From: Pyrodictium sp.
Lineage (GTDB): Archaea; Thermoproteota; Thermoprotei_A; Sulfolobales; Pyrodictiaceae
Direction of reading: 5' to 3'
DNA length: 60,713 nt
NCBI GenBank assembly: GCA_015662475.1
Contig: DQUB01000055.1
Coordinates: 1-60,713 of the forward strand
Shown here: positions 48,046 to 58,217 of the stretch, piece by piece
How the letters are laid out: each line of letters starts with the position of its first letter
Numbering within the stretch: the stretch's first letter is position 1
Program-made: the position numbers and the translations under genes
The notes under the pieces: model-generated
What the model saw: only the letters and a program-made list of their open reading frames with translations
Database searches by the model: none
What the model was told of the DNA's origin: nothing

Positions 48046-48381
48046 ATGAGCGTGAACATAGATGTAGAAAAAGTTGTTAGAAAACATGTTCGGGAAGGTG
48101 AAGGGTTTGTTGACATAGAAGTTTATGTGAAGTTTGAGTCTAGTGAAACAAAACTTGTTGTAGAAGGTGACGACCTAGTATTCTATACAGATGAGCCACC
48201 GTTACAAGGTAGAGCTAATGCATCACTTATACAGTATCTCTCGAAAGTTCTACGTTTACCCCCCTCTAAAATCGACATAGTGTATGGTGTGAGAGAAAAG
48301 CTAAAGAGAGTTAGAATATATGACGTTGATTTTGAACAAGTAGTTGAGAAGCTGGTAGCGGTTCTAAAGGGAGGTACGTAG
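48046..48381 (+). CDS. DUF167/YggU (UPF0235) family protein
   Basis: PP..GRAN..LI..LS..L, I..G....K. Confidence 0.85.
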   Translation: MSVNIDVEKVVRKHVREGEGFVDIEVYVKFESSETKLVVEGDDLVFYTDEPPLQGRANASLIQYLSKVLRLPPSKIDIVYGVREKLKRVRIYDVDFEQVVEKLVAVLKGGT

Positions 48382-48387
48382 CAAGCC

Positions 48388-50361
48388 TTGCACACAGAGA
48401 AGGTGTATGATGTTTCTCCTCCCAAGCTCATAGGCAGAACTGTACATGCAGTTCTAACCTCCTATAACATCGATGTTGATCCTCTGGTAGTGGAGCGTAG
48501 TGTGTCAGAGATACCGAGAAGTTATGGTGGCGACTATGGTATCCCTATAATGAGGTTTCTTAGACAAGTCAAGGATAGTCAGGAAAAGAACAAGATTGTC
48601 AACGAGATAATCGAAAGATTGAAGAGTGAGCCAACAGTTAGAAATGCAGTGTTTGTGCGAGGCTACATAAATGTTGACTTAGACGTAAGCAGTCTTGCTA
48701 AAATAGTGTTTGAAGCTGTAAGGCATGATGGGAAAGAGTATGGCTATGTCAAAACTAGTCGCCCACAACGAATAGTGGTTGAGCATACTAGTGCAAATCC
48801 AGTACATCCACTCCATATAGGCCATGCTAGGAACATGAGTTTAGGAGATACGCTAGCAAAACTATTGAGAGCTAGAGGACACAAAGTCCAAACAAGATAC
48901 TATATCAACGATGCTGGTCGTCAAATGGCAGTCCTGGTATATGGTATAAAGATGCTTGGTAGCTACTCTCCTCCTAAGAATGTAAAGATAGACCATTGGC
49001 TAGGTCTTGTATACGCTATAACGCACACATTGGTTGACGTCTTGACGCTTAAAAAAGAAGTTGAAAGGTTGCGTGAGAAGGGAGGAGAAGAGTATCGGGA
49101 GAAACTATCAGAGCTAGATAAGCTAATGGCTGTCCTCGCAAGACTTCGAGAACGTGATCCAGCACTCTTTGATAAGCTGGCACAAGCCATATCGTCTGAT
49201 CCAAATCCCGAAGAGAGTATAGCTGAGATAATGAGGAAGTACGAGTTTAGAACAGATGAAGAGATAGTTAAGCTCACAAGAAGGATTGTAGAGGATTGTT
49301 TGAAGGGGTTCAAAGAGACAATGAGGAGAATGGGAGTTGATGTAGAGGTTTGGGATTGGGAAAGCGATTTAATATGGTCAAGCATGGTTGCAAAAATACT
49401 TGAGGAAGCGAGAAAATCACCCTACTTCACAATACATAAAGGCGCACCAGCTCTAAATCTAGCTAGTCTACAGGAAGACCCTGAAATAGCGGAAAAATTG
49501 GAACTACCTAAATCGTTCAAAATACCTTCACTAATACTCGCTAGAAGCGATGGCACAACTCTCTACACAACTCGAGACATAGCTTATACGATAAAGAAGT
49601 TCCGAGAGTTTAAAGCTGACAAGGTAATCAATGTGATAGCTGCAGAACAAAGACTAGAACAGTTGCAAGTAAGACTAGCACTTATAGCTCTAGGCTACAA
49701 ACACGAAGGCTTCAACCTCATACACTATGCCTACGAAATGGTGTCAATTCCGGGCATGAGTATGAGTGGGCGTAGGGGAGAATACATAACGTTAGACGAA
49801 CTCATAGAAGCAGCGATAAAGAGAGCAAGAGAGGAGGTAGATAAGAGACAGCCAGATCTACCAGAAGATGAGAGGCAAAAGATAGCAGAAGCAGTAGGGA
49901 TAGGCGCTGTAAGATATAGCCTAGTCTCAGTAGCAGCACAGAAACCATTGACGTTTAACCTAGAAGAAGCATTAAACTTTGAAAGAAATAGTGCACCATA
50001 CATACAATATACATATGCAAGAGCTCACAACATACTTGCTAAGTATGGCAAGCCTATACCATGGGACCAGATAGACTATAGTGCTGCAGAAGAAAACGAG
50101 CTGAGAAGAACATTAGTGATACAAGCATCGATGTTCCCATACATCTTCGCAAAAGCGGCAGATGAGCTAAAACCAGAGCTATTAGTAGCATACATAAACA
50201 GGCTAGCCGATGTATTCAACAAATGGTATCCACAAGACCATGTAATAAGAGAACCTGATGAGGGGAAAAGAGCGTTCAAATTAGCGCTAACTAAGACTGT
50301 GGAAACAATACTTGAGAACACGATGAGAATACTAGGAATACCTGTACTAGAACGCCTATAA
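48388..50361 (+). CDS. argS: Arginine--tRNA ligase
   Basis: EHTSANP..PLHIGHARN, RSDGT.LY..RD.AY, MSGRRG, PYIQY.YAR. Confidence 0.97.
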   Translation: MHTEKVYDVSPPKLIGRTVHAVLTSYNIDVDPLVVERSVSEIPRSYGGDYGIPIMRFLRQVKDSQEKNKIVNEIIERLKSEPTVRNAVFVRGYINVDLDVSSLAKIVFEAVRHDGKEYGYVKTSRPQRIVVEHTSANPVHPLHIGHARNMSLGDTLAKLLRARGHKVQTRYYINDAGRQMAVLVYGIKMLGSYSPPKNVKIDHWLGLVYAITHTLVDVLTLKKEVERLREKGGEEYREKLSELDKLMAVLARLRERDPALFDKLAQAISSDPNPEESIAEIMRKYEFRTDEEIVKLTRRIVEDCLKGFKETMRRMGVDVEVWDWESDLIWSSMVAKILEEARKSPYFTIHKGAPALNLASLQEDPEIAEKLELPKSFKIPSLILARSDGTTLYTTRDIAYTIKKFREFKADKVINVIAAEQRLEQLQVRLALIALGYKHEGFNLIHYAYEMVSIPGMSMSGRRGEYITLDELIEAAIKRAREEVDKRQPDLPEDERQKIAEAVGIGAVRYSLVSVAAQKPLTFNLEEALNFERNSAPYIQYTYARAHNILAKYGKPIPWDQIDYSAAEENELRRTLVIQASMFPYIFAKAADELKPELLVAYINRLADVFNKWYPQDHVIREPDEGKRAFKLALTKTVETILENTMRILGIPVLERL

Positions 50362-50391
50362 ACAACCACTACAAAACATCGTTGGGGAGAA

Positions 50392-50469
<78 letters not shown>

Positions 50470-50496
50470 CGCCACCGCTCTTAAACCACTACATCT

Positions 50497-51159
50497 TCAA
50501 GATTCTTTTATGAGTCTGCCATCTTCTAGAATAAATGTATGGTCTATTGAAAGGCCTTTCAACACAACATCGTTGTGTGTTGTTATGACAAAACCTGTAC
50601 CACGCGATCTAAATAATTCTAGCAGTTCTACGAGCTTTTTCCTCTTCTGTCTATCAAGATGTGCAAATGGCTCATCTAGAAAAGCTATTTTTGGCTCTAA
50701 CACGAGTGCTCGCATTATCGAGACTAGCTGTGCTTCGCCTGCTGAAAGACTTTTCGAATCTCTATTAGCAAGATATGTTATTCCTAGCTCGTTAAGCATC
50801 CTTTCTGCTCTCCATACGGCTTCATCAGCTTTTATGCCTCGGATTATGAGTCCGTAGGCGATGTTATAGATTACTGATCCTCGTAGAAGAATTGGCCTCT
50901 CGTGCACATAGACAACTTTTCGTCTGAGCAAGAGCCTTCTACTCTTATCCAGTTCCCAAAAATTCTCGCCATTGACTAGAACTTTGCCTTTGCATGGTTT
51001 GTAGAGAAGTGCTGCTACTTTAAGTAAAGTCGTTTTACCACTTCCATTTGCCCCCATAACTATGTACGTTTCTTGTGGCTTAAAGGATATGGATATGTTC
51101 TTTAGGACCCACCCCCCTCTATTCGAATATCTAAACCAAACATCTATTAGCTCTATCAT
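50497..51159 (-). CDS. tupC: Tungstate ABC transporter ATPase
   Basis: GANGSGKT, LSAGE, LDEP; operon context. Confidence 0.85.
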   Translation of the reverse strand: MIELIDVWFRYSNRGGWVLKNISISFKPQETYIVMGANGSGKTTLLKVAALLYKPCKGKVLVNGENFWELDKSRRLLLRRKVVYVHERPILLRGSVIYNIAYGLIIRGIKADEAVWRAERMLNELGITYLANRDSKSLSAGEAQLVSIMRALVLEPKIAFLDEPFAHLDRQKRKKLVELLELFRSRGTGFVITTHNDVVLKGLSIDHTFILEDGRLIKES

Positions 51160-51797
51160 TGTAAAGTCAACCTCTTCAACAACCTCAAAACAATTGAAAT
51201 TGTGATTGTAATGACTACTAGCACTGTTCCTAGAGCAATGGCCTTTTCAAACTCTCCTTTAGAAACTTCAAGCGCTATTGCAGTGGTTAGAACCCTAGTG
51301 TAGCCTCGTATGTTTCCACCTACAATCAATGCTATACCAAGCTCGCCTATAGCTCTTGAAAAACCCATGATAATTGAAGCCAGTATTCCTGGAAGAGATT
51401 CTCTCAATGTTAAAAGCATGGCTTGTCTCTCGCTTGCACCCAACGTCAATGCTAACTCGCCGTAAGTATCTACAACATTTCTCAACACTCTATAACTGGT
51501 TGATATTATGAGTGGTGTTATGAGTATAGCTTCACCAACTACTATTGCTTGTGGGGTATAGAGCATGTGGAGGAATCCGAGAGGACCAGAACTGCTAAGC
51601 AGGAGGTATAAGAGTAAACCTATGAGCACTGTAGGGATACCAACAACAGCCTCCACCACGGATATTACGAGTTCAGACCTACACCGTGTTGCTAGAATAT
51701 AGGCTATAGGTATGCTCCAGCTAGATGCAAGAAGTGTAGCAGATCCAGAGACCGTTATCGATCTAATAGTTATCTCTACCACTTCACTATCTACCAT
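51156..51797 (-). CDS. tupB: Tungstate ABC transporter permease
   Basis: PTV..GL..YLLLS..GPLG, RAI.E.G....VGGNI.G.TR.LTTAI. Confidence 0.92.
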   Translation of the reverse strand: MVDSEVVEITIRSITVSGSATLLASSWSIPIAYILATRCRSELVISVVEAVVGIPTVLIGLLLYLLLSSSGPLGFLHMLYTPQAIVVGEAILITPLIISTSYRVLRNVVDTYGELALTLGASERQAMLLTLRESLPGILASIIMGFSRAIGELGIALIVGGNIRGYTRVLTTAIALEVSKGEFEKAIALGTVLVVITITISIVLRLLKRLTLQ

Positions 51798-51802
51798 TTA
51801 GT

Positions 51803-52702
51803 CTATCCCCTCGAAAGCTTTAACCACACCTTGTAGAGGTAAGACTCTTTGCTCTTGGCTGGATAGAAGAGGGGTTGACCATATTTGTCAATGCCGTATT
51901 GGCCTATAAGCTCTTGGTTGTTGTATATGAAATCGGCAAATAGTTCAGCATATCTACGCTCTTCGCCAGTACACGACTTTACTATGTAGATGCTATAGAT
52001 GTTTATGAGTTCTGTATCGTTTGAGTATAAGATTTCGAGATTTGGTAGTCTACCATCCCTCTTCAGCTTAAGATACGTTCCTATATCGCTAAGAGTGTAG
52101 GCTTTAAGCTCATTAGCTATAATCAAGGTTTGGGCCATGCCTGCACCGCTTTCCCTATACCAGGGTTTGCCTCGCGGATCTAGGCCAGCAAGACTCCATA
52201 TCGACATTTCCCTAACATGTGTTCCAGAATAATCTCCACGACTAACAAACATCGCTTTTCCCTGCTCTCCTGCAGCATAGATCTTCATGAAAACCTCAAC
52301 AACATTACCTGAACCTCTCACTCTTGCAGGATCATCTTGAGGTCCCACTACTACAAAGAAGTTGTAAGCTATAATCCTATGCTGCTCTAGAACCCCCTTT
52401 TCAACATATTCTCTTTCAAGGCTTGGAGCGTGGACAAATACCATGCACGCATCTCCTTTAGCAGCTCTTTTCAGTGCTTCACCACTACCAACAGCTATAA
52501 AGTCAATCCTTACATTCACATTTGGGTATTGTCTGTAGAATTGCTCGGCTAAATAGTCTAGCAAACCAGTTGCATACAAGCTTGTAGTTGTTGCTACACG
52601 AACTCTAACAAGCTTATCAGATTGCATGTATAAAAATACGTTCACAGCAACTATAATAGCAGCAACAGCGACGAGAGCAATTAAATATTTGGATCTTTTC
52701 AC
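51803..52702 (-). CDS. tupA: Tungstate ABC transporter substrate-binding protein
   Basis: ATTTS tungstate motif, GSG.AL, HAP, SRGD.SGTH; N-terminal anchor. Confidence 0.93.
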   Translation of the reverse strand: MKRSKYLIALVAVAAIIVAVNVFLYMQSDKLVRVRVATTTSLYATGLLDYLAEQFYRQYPNVNVRIDFIAVGSGEALKRAAKGDACMVFVHAPSLEREYVEKGVLEQHRIIAYNFFVVVGPQDDPARVRGSGNVVEVFMKIYAAGEQGKAMFVSRGDYSGTHVREMSIWSLAGLDPRGKPWYRESGAGMAQTLIIANELKAYTLSDIGTYLKLKRDGRLPNLEILYSNDTELINIYSIYIVKSCTGEERRYAELFADFIYNNQELIGQYGIDKYGQPLFYPAKSKESYLYKVWLKLSRG

Positions 52703-52762
52703 CTTCCTACACCTCAGACTAAGTCTGTGCCCAAAACTAGTTAGCTATGCATCCGACAACTA

Positions 52763-52796
52763 TTTATCTGTTATCCGAAGTCGGATAACGGATAAA
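52763..52796. promoter_or_regulatory. 34-bp palindromic operator between tupA and the ModE-like regulator
   Basis: TTTATCTGTTATCCGA-AG-TCGGATAACGGATAAA, 15/16 complementary arms. Confidence 0.75.
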
Positions 52797-52861
52797 CTCG
52801 CCCATAGGCAGTTTGAAGGATTCTAGAGGGTATCGAAATTTTAACCTTAGCTCCTCATATA

Positions 52862-53944
52862 ATGGTTAATGGTGTAAGATTGTGGAAACAAGGTTTGCGT
52901 TTTAGAGAGAAGTTGGAGATGGTGATAGGAAACCAAGTTGTCCTAGATGATAGAATAGCGTTGTTATTGAAGCTTATCGATAGAAAAGGTTCTCTGTTGC
53001 GTGCTGCTAAAGCTGTTGGCATGTCATATTCTAGAGCTTGGGAAGCAGTAGCCCGTATTGAAAGATTGTTGGGTGTGAAGATTGTAGAAAGCCAGCGTGG
53101 TGGTAGTAGAGGTGGAGGTAGTAGGTTGACGGAGGAAGGTAGGAAGCTTGTAGAGTTGTTTGAGAAAGAGTATAGGCGTAGGTTTAAACGTCAACTTGAA
53201 GATCTTGGAATGGAGGCAAACGTTGTTGAAGATCTGATCTATGCTGGCAGCCACGACATACTCTTAGAAAGAGTGTTTGGCTTGCTTTCCGAAAAGGGTG
53301 TTAAGGTTGAGGTAAACTGGATAGGTTCTATGCGTGGTCTAGCTGCTGTATTGTTAGAGGAAGTAGACGTTGCCGGCATACACATCTATGATCCTTTCGA
53401 AGACCACTATAATCTCCCAATACTTGAGAGAATGGGTGCATCATCAAGCTTAGCTATAATCTGCGGCTATAAGAGGCTTATAGGTGTAGCAAGTAGGGCA
53501 AAGATGTCACTGGAAGAAGCTCTTGAAGGTTTGGTTGAAGGGAGATTCACACTAGCAAACCGACTATGGGGGTCAGGAACAAGAATGTTGTTGGAAACTC
53601 TTCTCATGCAGTGGGCTAGAAAGAGAAGAGTCGATCTACGAGAGTTACGCAACCAAATAAAGGGGTATGTGAAAGAAGTAGAAACACATCTTGAAGCAGC
53701 AAGTCTTGTTGCAAGCGGAAAAGCTGATCTTTGCATAACAATAGAACCTGTAGCCAAACTCTACAACCTACACTTTACACCTGTAAAATGGGAGTATTTC
53801 GACTTTGTAATACCCAAGAGGAAATTGGAGAAGAAACCTGTAAGACTATTCATAGATGTGTTGAAAAGCAATTGGTTTAAAGAACTTGTAGAGGGTGCAG
53901 AGGGTTACGAGCCTAGAGAATGCCTCGGATCCATACTAAACTAA
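52862..53944 (+). CDS. ModE-type wHTH regulator fused to a PBP-like oxyanion-binding domain
   Basis: GSL..AAK..GMSY..AW, RGG..GG...LT; AGSHD, GS..GL, NR..GSGTR. Confidence 0.88.
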   Translation: MVNGVRLWKQGLRFREKLEMVIGNQVVLDDRIALLLKLIDRKGSLLRAAKAVGMSYSRAWEAVARIERLLGVKIVESQRGGSRGGGSRLTEEGRKLVELFEKEYRRRFKRQLEDLGMEANVVEDLIYAGSHDILLERVFGLLSEKGVKVEVNWIGSMRGLAAVLLEEVDVAGIHIYDPFEDHYNLPILERMGASSSLAIICGYKRLIGVASRAKMSLEEALEGLVEGRFTLANRLWGSGTRMLLETLLMQWARKRRVDLRELRNQIKGYVKEVETHLEAASLVASGKADLCITIEPVAKLYNLHFTPVKWEYFDFVIPKRKLEKKPVRLFIDVLKSNWFKELVEGAEGYEPRECLGSILN

Positions 53945-54003
53945 ATTTGATAGAGTCTTGGAAAAATAGACGTTGATTTTGATGGTTAGGGAATGTAATT
54001 CTG

Positions 54004-54081
<78 letters not shown>

Positions 54082-54086
54082 ACCCA

Positions 54087-54791
54087 TCACTTCTTCCATG
54101 CACGATAGGCTGCCTCAACCATCTCTCTAATCTTCTCTTCTGGGTTTTTAGCCTTCATTATTGCAGAGGCTACTAGTACTCCTGCTGCACCTAGTTTTAT
54201 TGCTACTTCTACATCTTCACCTTGGCTTATACCTGCTCCAGCCAATACTGGGATGTCAGGGTTTACTCGGTGCACGGTTTTGATAGTATTTACGATTATT
54301 TCTGGTCTAGCTTTAGAGACAGGAATACCTGTGCCTATGAGCTCTGGTGGTTCTATTGCAATGTATGTTGGTGATATAACGGCTATGGCAGCTGCAACGG
54401 AGGGTGTGTCTGCACATACAAGTGTTTCCATGCCCAATGTCATTGCTTTCTGGACTAGCCAATCTATATCGCTCACTTTCAAACGATGCTCGCTATGGTT
54501 TAGAAGTGTGCCTTTAGCTCCAGCAGCCTTGATAGCCTCTAAGGGTATGTATCCGGTATGAGCGCCTGGTTCTACAGGATCAGCATGCTGTGCATAGACT
54601 TTAACGTTTTCGACAACTTCCGATACTCGTACAAGCTCTGTAGCAGGTACAGCAAGAATTATTGATACAGCTTCACCATACTCTCCAGCAATCTTGTCAG
54701 CAGCCAAAGCAATAGCTAAGCCTTTGTCGGCAAAAGCTGTTGGATAAACTTTATAGTTTATGGCGAGTATGGGAGCTGTTTCTGAACTCAT
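54087..54791 (-). CDS. tpiA: Triosephosphate isomerase, archaeal type
   Basis: INYKVY, NHSE, IEPPELIGTG, GAGI, VLVAS. Confidence 0.96.
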   Translation of the reverse strand: MSSETAPILAINYKVYPTAFADKGLAIALAADKIAGEYGEAVSIILAVPATELVRVSEVVENVKVYAQHADPVEPGAHTGYIPLEAIKAAGAKGTLLNHSEHRLKVSDIDWLVQKAMTLGMETLVCADTPSVAAAIAVISPTYIAIEPPELIGTGIPVSKARPEIIVNTIKTVHRVNPDIPVLAGAGISQGEDVEVAIKLGAAGVLVASAIMKAKNPEEKIREMVEAAYRAWKK

Positions 54792-54868
54792 GACTCTACG
54801 CCATGAGGTAATTAGGGTAGGATTTTGGGAACCTTTTAGAGTTTAAAGAAAATGGGTGTTGATTTAGG

Positions 54869-56029
54869 CTATTCGCTGTGAGAACTAGGCTTCTTCACAT
54901 GTACCTTGTATCTCCTTTCCTCCTTCACAAACCTATTTTGCAGCTTCTCTAGCACTTGTGGTAGTGTTGTATACTCCATCTCTTCTGGGCCTAGACGATG
55001 TGGCATGAATGGCCCGTGTCTTCTAATGTAGTCTGCTACTTGTTGAGCTAATCTTCTTGTCTCGTCAAAGGCTGGATCGTCGAATAGGTCTACTGGGCCT
55101 ATCAATCTACCCTTTGACACTTGGAAGCCTAGAGCTACTATCCTAGGTGGTCCGTCGAAACGTGTACACTTGGCATCTCGAAGTCCGACGGGCATTAGTG
55201 GGCCGAAGTGGCTACCTCTCATCCATCCAGCAACTAGATGTGGAAATGCAAAGGGTTCTAGTATTTCGCCGATAGCTGGAAAGCCTGATTGTGCTCTGAC
55301 AATTGCTACTGGATCATCTTTGCCCACATATCTGCCAGCGATCAGATTCAACCTCTCAACACTTACTACAGCTGCTATTTCGTTGTCTGACTTCCTATAA
55401 ACCCTCCTTATGATGTAGCGTCCTTGTGTGCCGATTAGTGCTAGTATATCGTACATTTCTTCCGGCGCGTTTAAAACAACGTAGCGTCCTTCATACACAT
55501 CATATATCTCGAATTTGAATCCATCATGTAGTCTTGGGTCAATCACCAAACCTGCAGTGTTGAATGGATCTGCAAATATTCTGAAGAGTGGTAGGTTGAA
55601 TGCACCTGGCTCTGTCTTGTCAGCCATGAATATGACTATTGGCTCGCTTGGCCTTTCAACAATCTCCATTTCTGCAACGCCGGGACCAAGACCTCGGACG
55701 TTGCCGGAAAACGCTTCAGCTAATAGGTCTTGGCCAGCTGCATACAGACCAAGCTCTCTAGCAACTTCGGCAGCTTTCTTGAAAGCTTCCCAAGCAAGTT
55801 CGTGAATCTCTGGACTATCAACACCTTTTCTATGCGTCATTATCAACTCTAAATCGTCGCCTACATGTGTCACGTAAAAGTCTATGATTAGACCTTTTCT
55901 TTTTGCTTCGGCTAGTATTTTTGCTGCTGCAGCCATTGTGTCTGGGTGAACCTTGTGGTGGCCAGCAATACTGCCAATATCGGCTTTAATTACGCTGATA
56001 GTCGTCTTTTCTTTCTCTTTCTCTGACAC
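54869..56029 (-). CDS. fbp: Fructose-1,6-bisphosphate aldolase/phosphatase
   Basis: KADIG, GDD, YAAGQDLL, DKTEPGAFN, YVGKDDP, MRGSH, MEYT. Confidence 0.97.
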   Translation of the reverse strand: MSEKEKEKTTISVIKADIGSIAGHHKVHPDTMAAAAKILAEAKRKGLIIDFYVTHVGDDLELIMTHRKGVDSPEIHELAWEAFKKAAEVARELGLYAAGQDLLAEAFSGNVRGLGPGVAEMEIVERPSEPIVIFMADKTEPGAFNLPLFRIFADPFNTAGLVIDPRLHDGFKFEIYDVYEGRYVVLNAPEEMYDILALIGTQGRYIIRRVYRKSDNEIAAVVSVERLNLIAGRYVGKDDPVAIVRAQSGFPAIGEILEPFAFPHLVAGWMRGSHFGPLMPVGLRDAKCTRFDGPPRIVALGFQVSKGRLIGPVDLFDDPAFDETRRLAQQVADYIRRHGPFMPHRLGPEEMEYTTLPQVLEKLQNRFVKEERRYKVHVKKPSSHSE

Positions 56030-56093
56030 GTTCTTACACCGGTAGAGTATGGTTAGGTTGGTTGAGAGTAGAAGAATTCTACGCTTTTCGCAA

Positions 56094-57911
56094 TTACTCA
56101 GCCTCTTTTTCGGAGGGTCTAGGAATGTAGTAGTATTGGCCTATCCTCTTCTGCAATCTGTCCAAATAGCTATCCTCCTTATTTATGCGCGGTCTTCCAG
56201 TCTCTGGATCCTTTCTTATAGTCACGCCAAGTTCTTTAAGGAACAAGTTCATAGCATCTTTAAGATTCATAGGCTTGCTCGCATAGCCCTCGAAACCAGG
56301 TTTACCTCTAAACACCATTATTCTACTAGCTAGATAGTCTTGAACTGCAATATCATGTTCAACAACAAGTGCTGCAACACCACGTGTTTCGGTAAGTCTT
56401 TTAATCGTTTTTGCAACAGCTAATCTCTCCTCCACATCAAGGTAGGCAGAAGGCTCGTCAAGAAGATATACATGAGCTTCTTTTGCTAATGTGTAAGCTA
56501 TGGCTACTTTTTGCAGCTCGCCGCCACTAAGCTCGTCAATTCTACGATCTAGTAATTTGTCGAGTCTTAGTCTCTTGACGAGTTCTACGTAGAGCCAACT
56601 TCCAGGTGTTAAGACGCTAGGATTGGCTTCGCGAAGCACATTTTCAACGGTCTTTTCCTCCCCAAAGAGCTCTGGTGACACATACTGTGGCTTATAGCTC
56701 ACCTTTAGATTCGGCAAGGGTTTCTCTACATCTCCTCTTTCTGGCTTCAATTCGCCAGCTAGTACACGTACAAATGTTGTTTTCCCTATACCATTGGGGC
56801 CTAAAATGCCTAGTACTTCGCCTTCGTATAGTTCGCCAGCTTCTACTTCAAGTTTGAAAGCGCCAAGTTTTACACTTAACTTTGACCAGCTAAGATACCT
56901 TTTACCGGTTACAGGCGTTGTGTCTGTGAGGGTCAACTGGTATCTTATTGGCTCGCTTCTTATCCTCATGTTCTCTGCAGGCAGGTAGCCGTTTAAGAAG
57001 TTGTTTATGCCTACTCTAACACCATATGGTTTAGAGGCAATACCATATGTGCCAGGCTCACCAAACATTATCACGACATAGTCTGAGAGGTAGTCGAGCA
57101 TAGCTATATCATGTTCAACAACTACTACGTAGCGGTTCTTGGGTATAAAGGAGCGAATAGCTCTTGCAACTCTCACTCTCTCACGAACATCTAGATAGCT
57201 TCCAGGCTCGTCGAAAAGGTATATGGTTGCATCTTTCGAAATAACAGCTGCAACAAGGAATTTTTGGAGTTCACCACCACTAAGCTTCCTAACATCTCTA
57301 TCCCAGAGAGCATTTAGTCCTAAAAACTTGGCAACATCTTTAACAACTCCACGCTCATCAGCAATCTCTAAGAGTTTGCCAACAGGACCTTTAATCTTGC
57401 GTGGTACTAGGTCTACATATTGTATCTTATGTGCAGCTCTAATTTTTCCATCAGCAAGCTTTTTGAAGTAGGTTTGAATTTCGCTACCTCTAAACCTCCT
57501 TATAATCTCGTCCCAAGAAGGCTCACGTTCAAGCCCAAGGTTTGGCTTCATTTCGCCAGCGAGAATCCTTATCGCTGTCGTTTTACCAGTACCATTCTTG
57601 CCTATTATACCAAGTATGCTACCCTCTCTAGGTATTGGAAGCCCATAAAGTTTAAAGCCGTTTGGACCATATCGGTGAACAAGACTCTTTTCCAGTTCAT
57701 CAGGCAAATTGACTATCGAAATTGCCTTGAAGGGGCACTTCTTGACGCAAATACCACAACCAGTACACACCTCTTCATAGATTCTAGCTTTACCTCCAAC
57801 AATTTCAACAGCTTTGTTGCCAGTACGGTTTACGGGGCAAAACCTCGTACACTCTAGATTACACTTACTAGGCCTACAAAGCTCTCTATCAACAACTGCA
57901 ATACGCACCAT
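56094..57911 (-). CDS. Ribosome recycling factor ABCE1 (RLI)
   Basis: N-terminal Cys motifs for two 4Fe-4S clusters, then two ABC domains (LSGGELQ, DEP, VEHD). Confidence 0.97.
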   Translation of the reverse strand: MVRIAVVDRELCRPSKCNLECTRFCPVNRTGNKAVEIVGGKARIYEEVCTGCGICVKKCPFKAISIVNLPDELEKSLVHRYGPNGFKLYGLPIPREGSILGIIGKNGTGKTTAIRILAGEMKPNLGLEREPSWDEIIRRFRGSEIQTYFKKLADGKIRAAHKIQYVDLVPRKIKGPVGKLLEIADERGVVKDVAKFLGLNALWDRDVRKLSGGELQKFLVAAVISKDATIYLFDEPGSYLDVRERVRVARAIRSFIPKNRYVVVVEHDIAMLDYLSDYVVIMFGEPGTYGIASKPYGVRVGINNFLNGYLPAENMRIRSEPIRYQLTLTDTTPVTGKRYLSWSKLSVKLGAFKLEVEAGELYEGEVLGILGPNGIGKTTFVRVLAGELKPERGDVEKPLPNLKVSYKPQYVSPELFGEEKTVENVLREANPSVLTPGSWLYVELVKRLRLDKLLDRRIDELSGGELQKVAIAYTLAKEAHVYLLDEPSAYLDVEERLAVAKTIKRLTETRGVAALVVEHDIAVQDYLASRIMVFRGKPGFEGYASKPMNLKDAMNLFLKELGVTIRKDPETGRPRINKEDSYLDRLQKRIGQYYYIPRPSEKEAE

Positions 57912-57981
57912 ACTTTTCCCAAGCCTTTATGCTTCAAACTGGTAAGCGAGATAAATAGGGATATGACTAACGAGAATCTTG

Positions 57982-58048
57982 AGTATGAGGAGTGGTGACG
58001 GCACTGACACAAAAACTGTGATGAGGGACTAAGGTCGGCCGACCTACT
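57982..58048 (+). ncRNA. Box C/D guide sRNA
   Basis: C ATGAGGA - GTGGTGACGGCA - D' CTGA - C' GTGATGA - GGGACTAAGGTCGG - D CCGA. Confidence 0.8.
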
Positions 58049-58151
58049 ACCACTCCTCTTCCAACTCTTCAAATTCCTCTTCTTCCTCTTCCCACCACTC
58101 TTCTTCCTCCTCTTCCTCTTCCCACCATTCCTCCTCTTCTACAAAAGCCAC
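58047..58151 (-). CDS. 34-aa Glu/Trp-rich acidic microprotein (below the ORF-track cutoff)
   Basis: GGAGGTG SD 7 nt before GTG; MAFVEEEEWWEEEEEEEEWWEEEEEEFEELEEEW followed by TAG TAG; mixed GAA/GAG codons. Confidence 0.75.
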   Translation of the reverse strand: MAFVEEEEWWEEEEEEEEWWEEEEEEFEELEEEW

Positions 58152-58217
58152 ACTAGCACACCTCCTCTAATCTCTAGCCTACCCTTGAGGTATTGTCTCT
58201 GGGGTGAAAAGTGTACC

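Noticed and set aside
58050..58140. Polypyrimidine tract with a 30-nt period as a microsatellite or triplex element
   Set aside because: Better explained as Glu and Trp codons of an ORF with SD, start and double stop.
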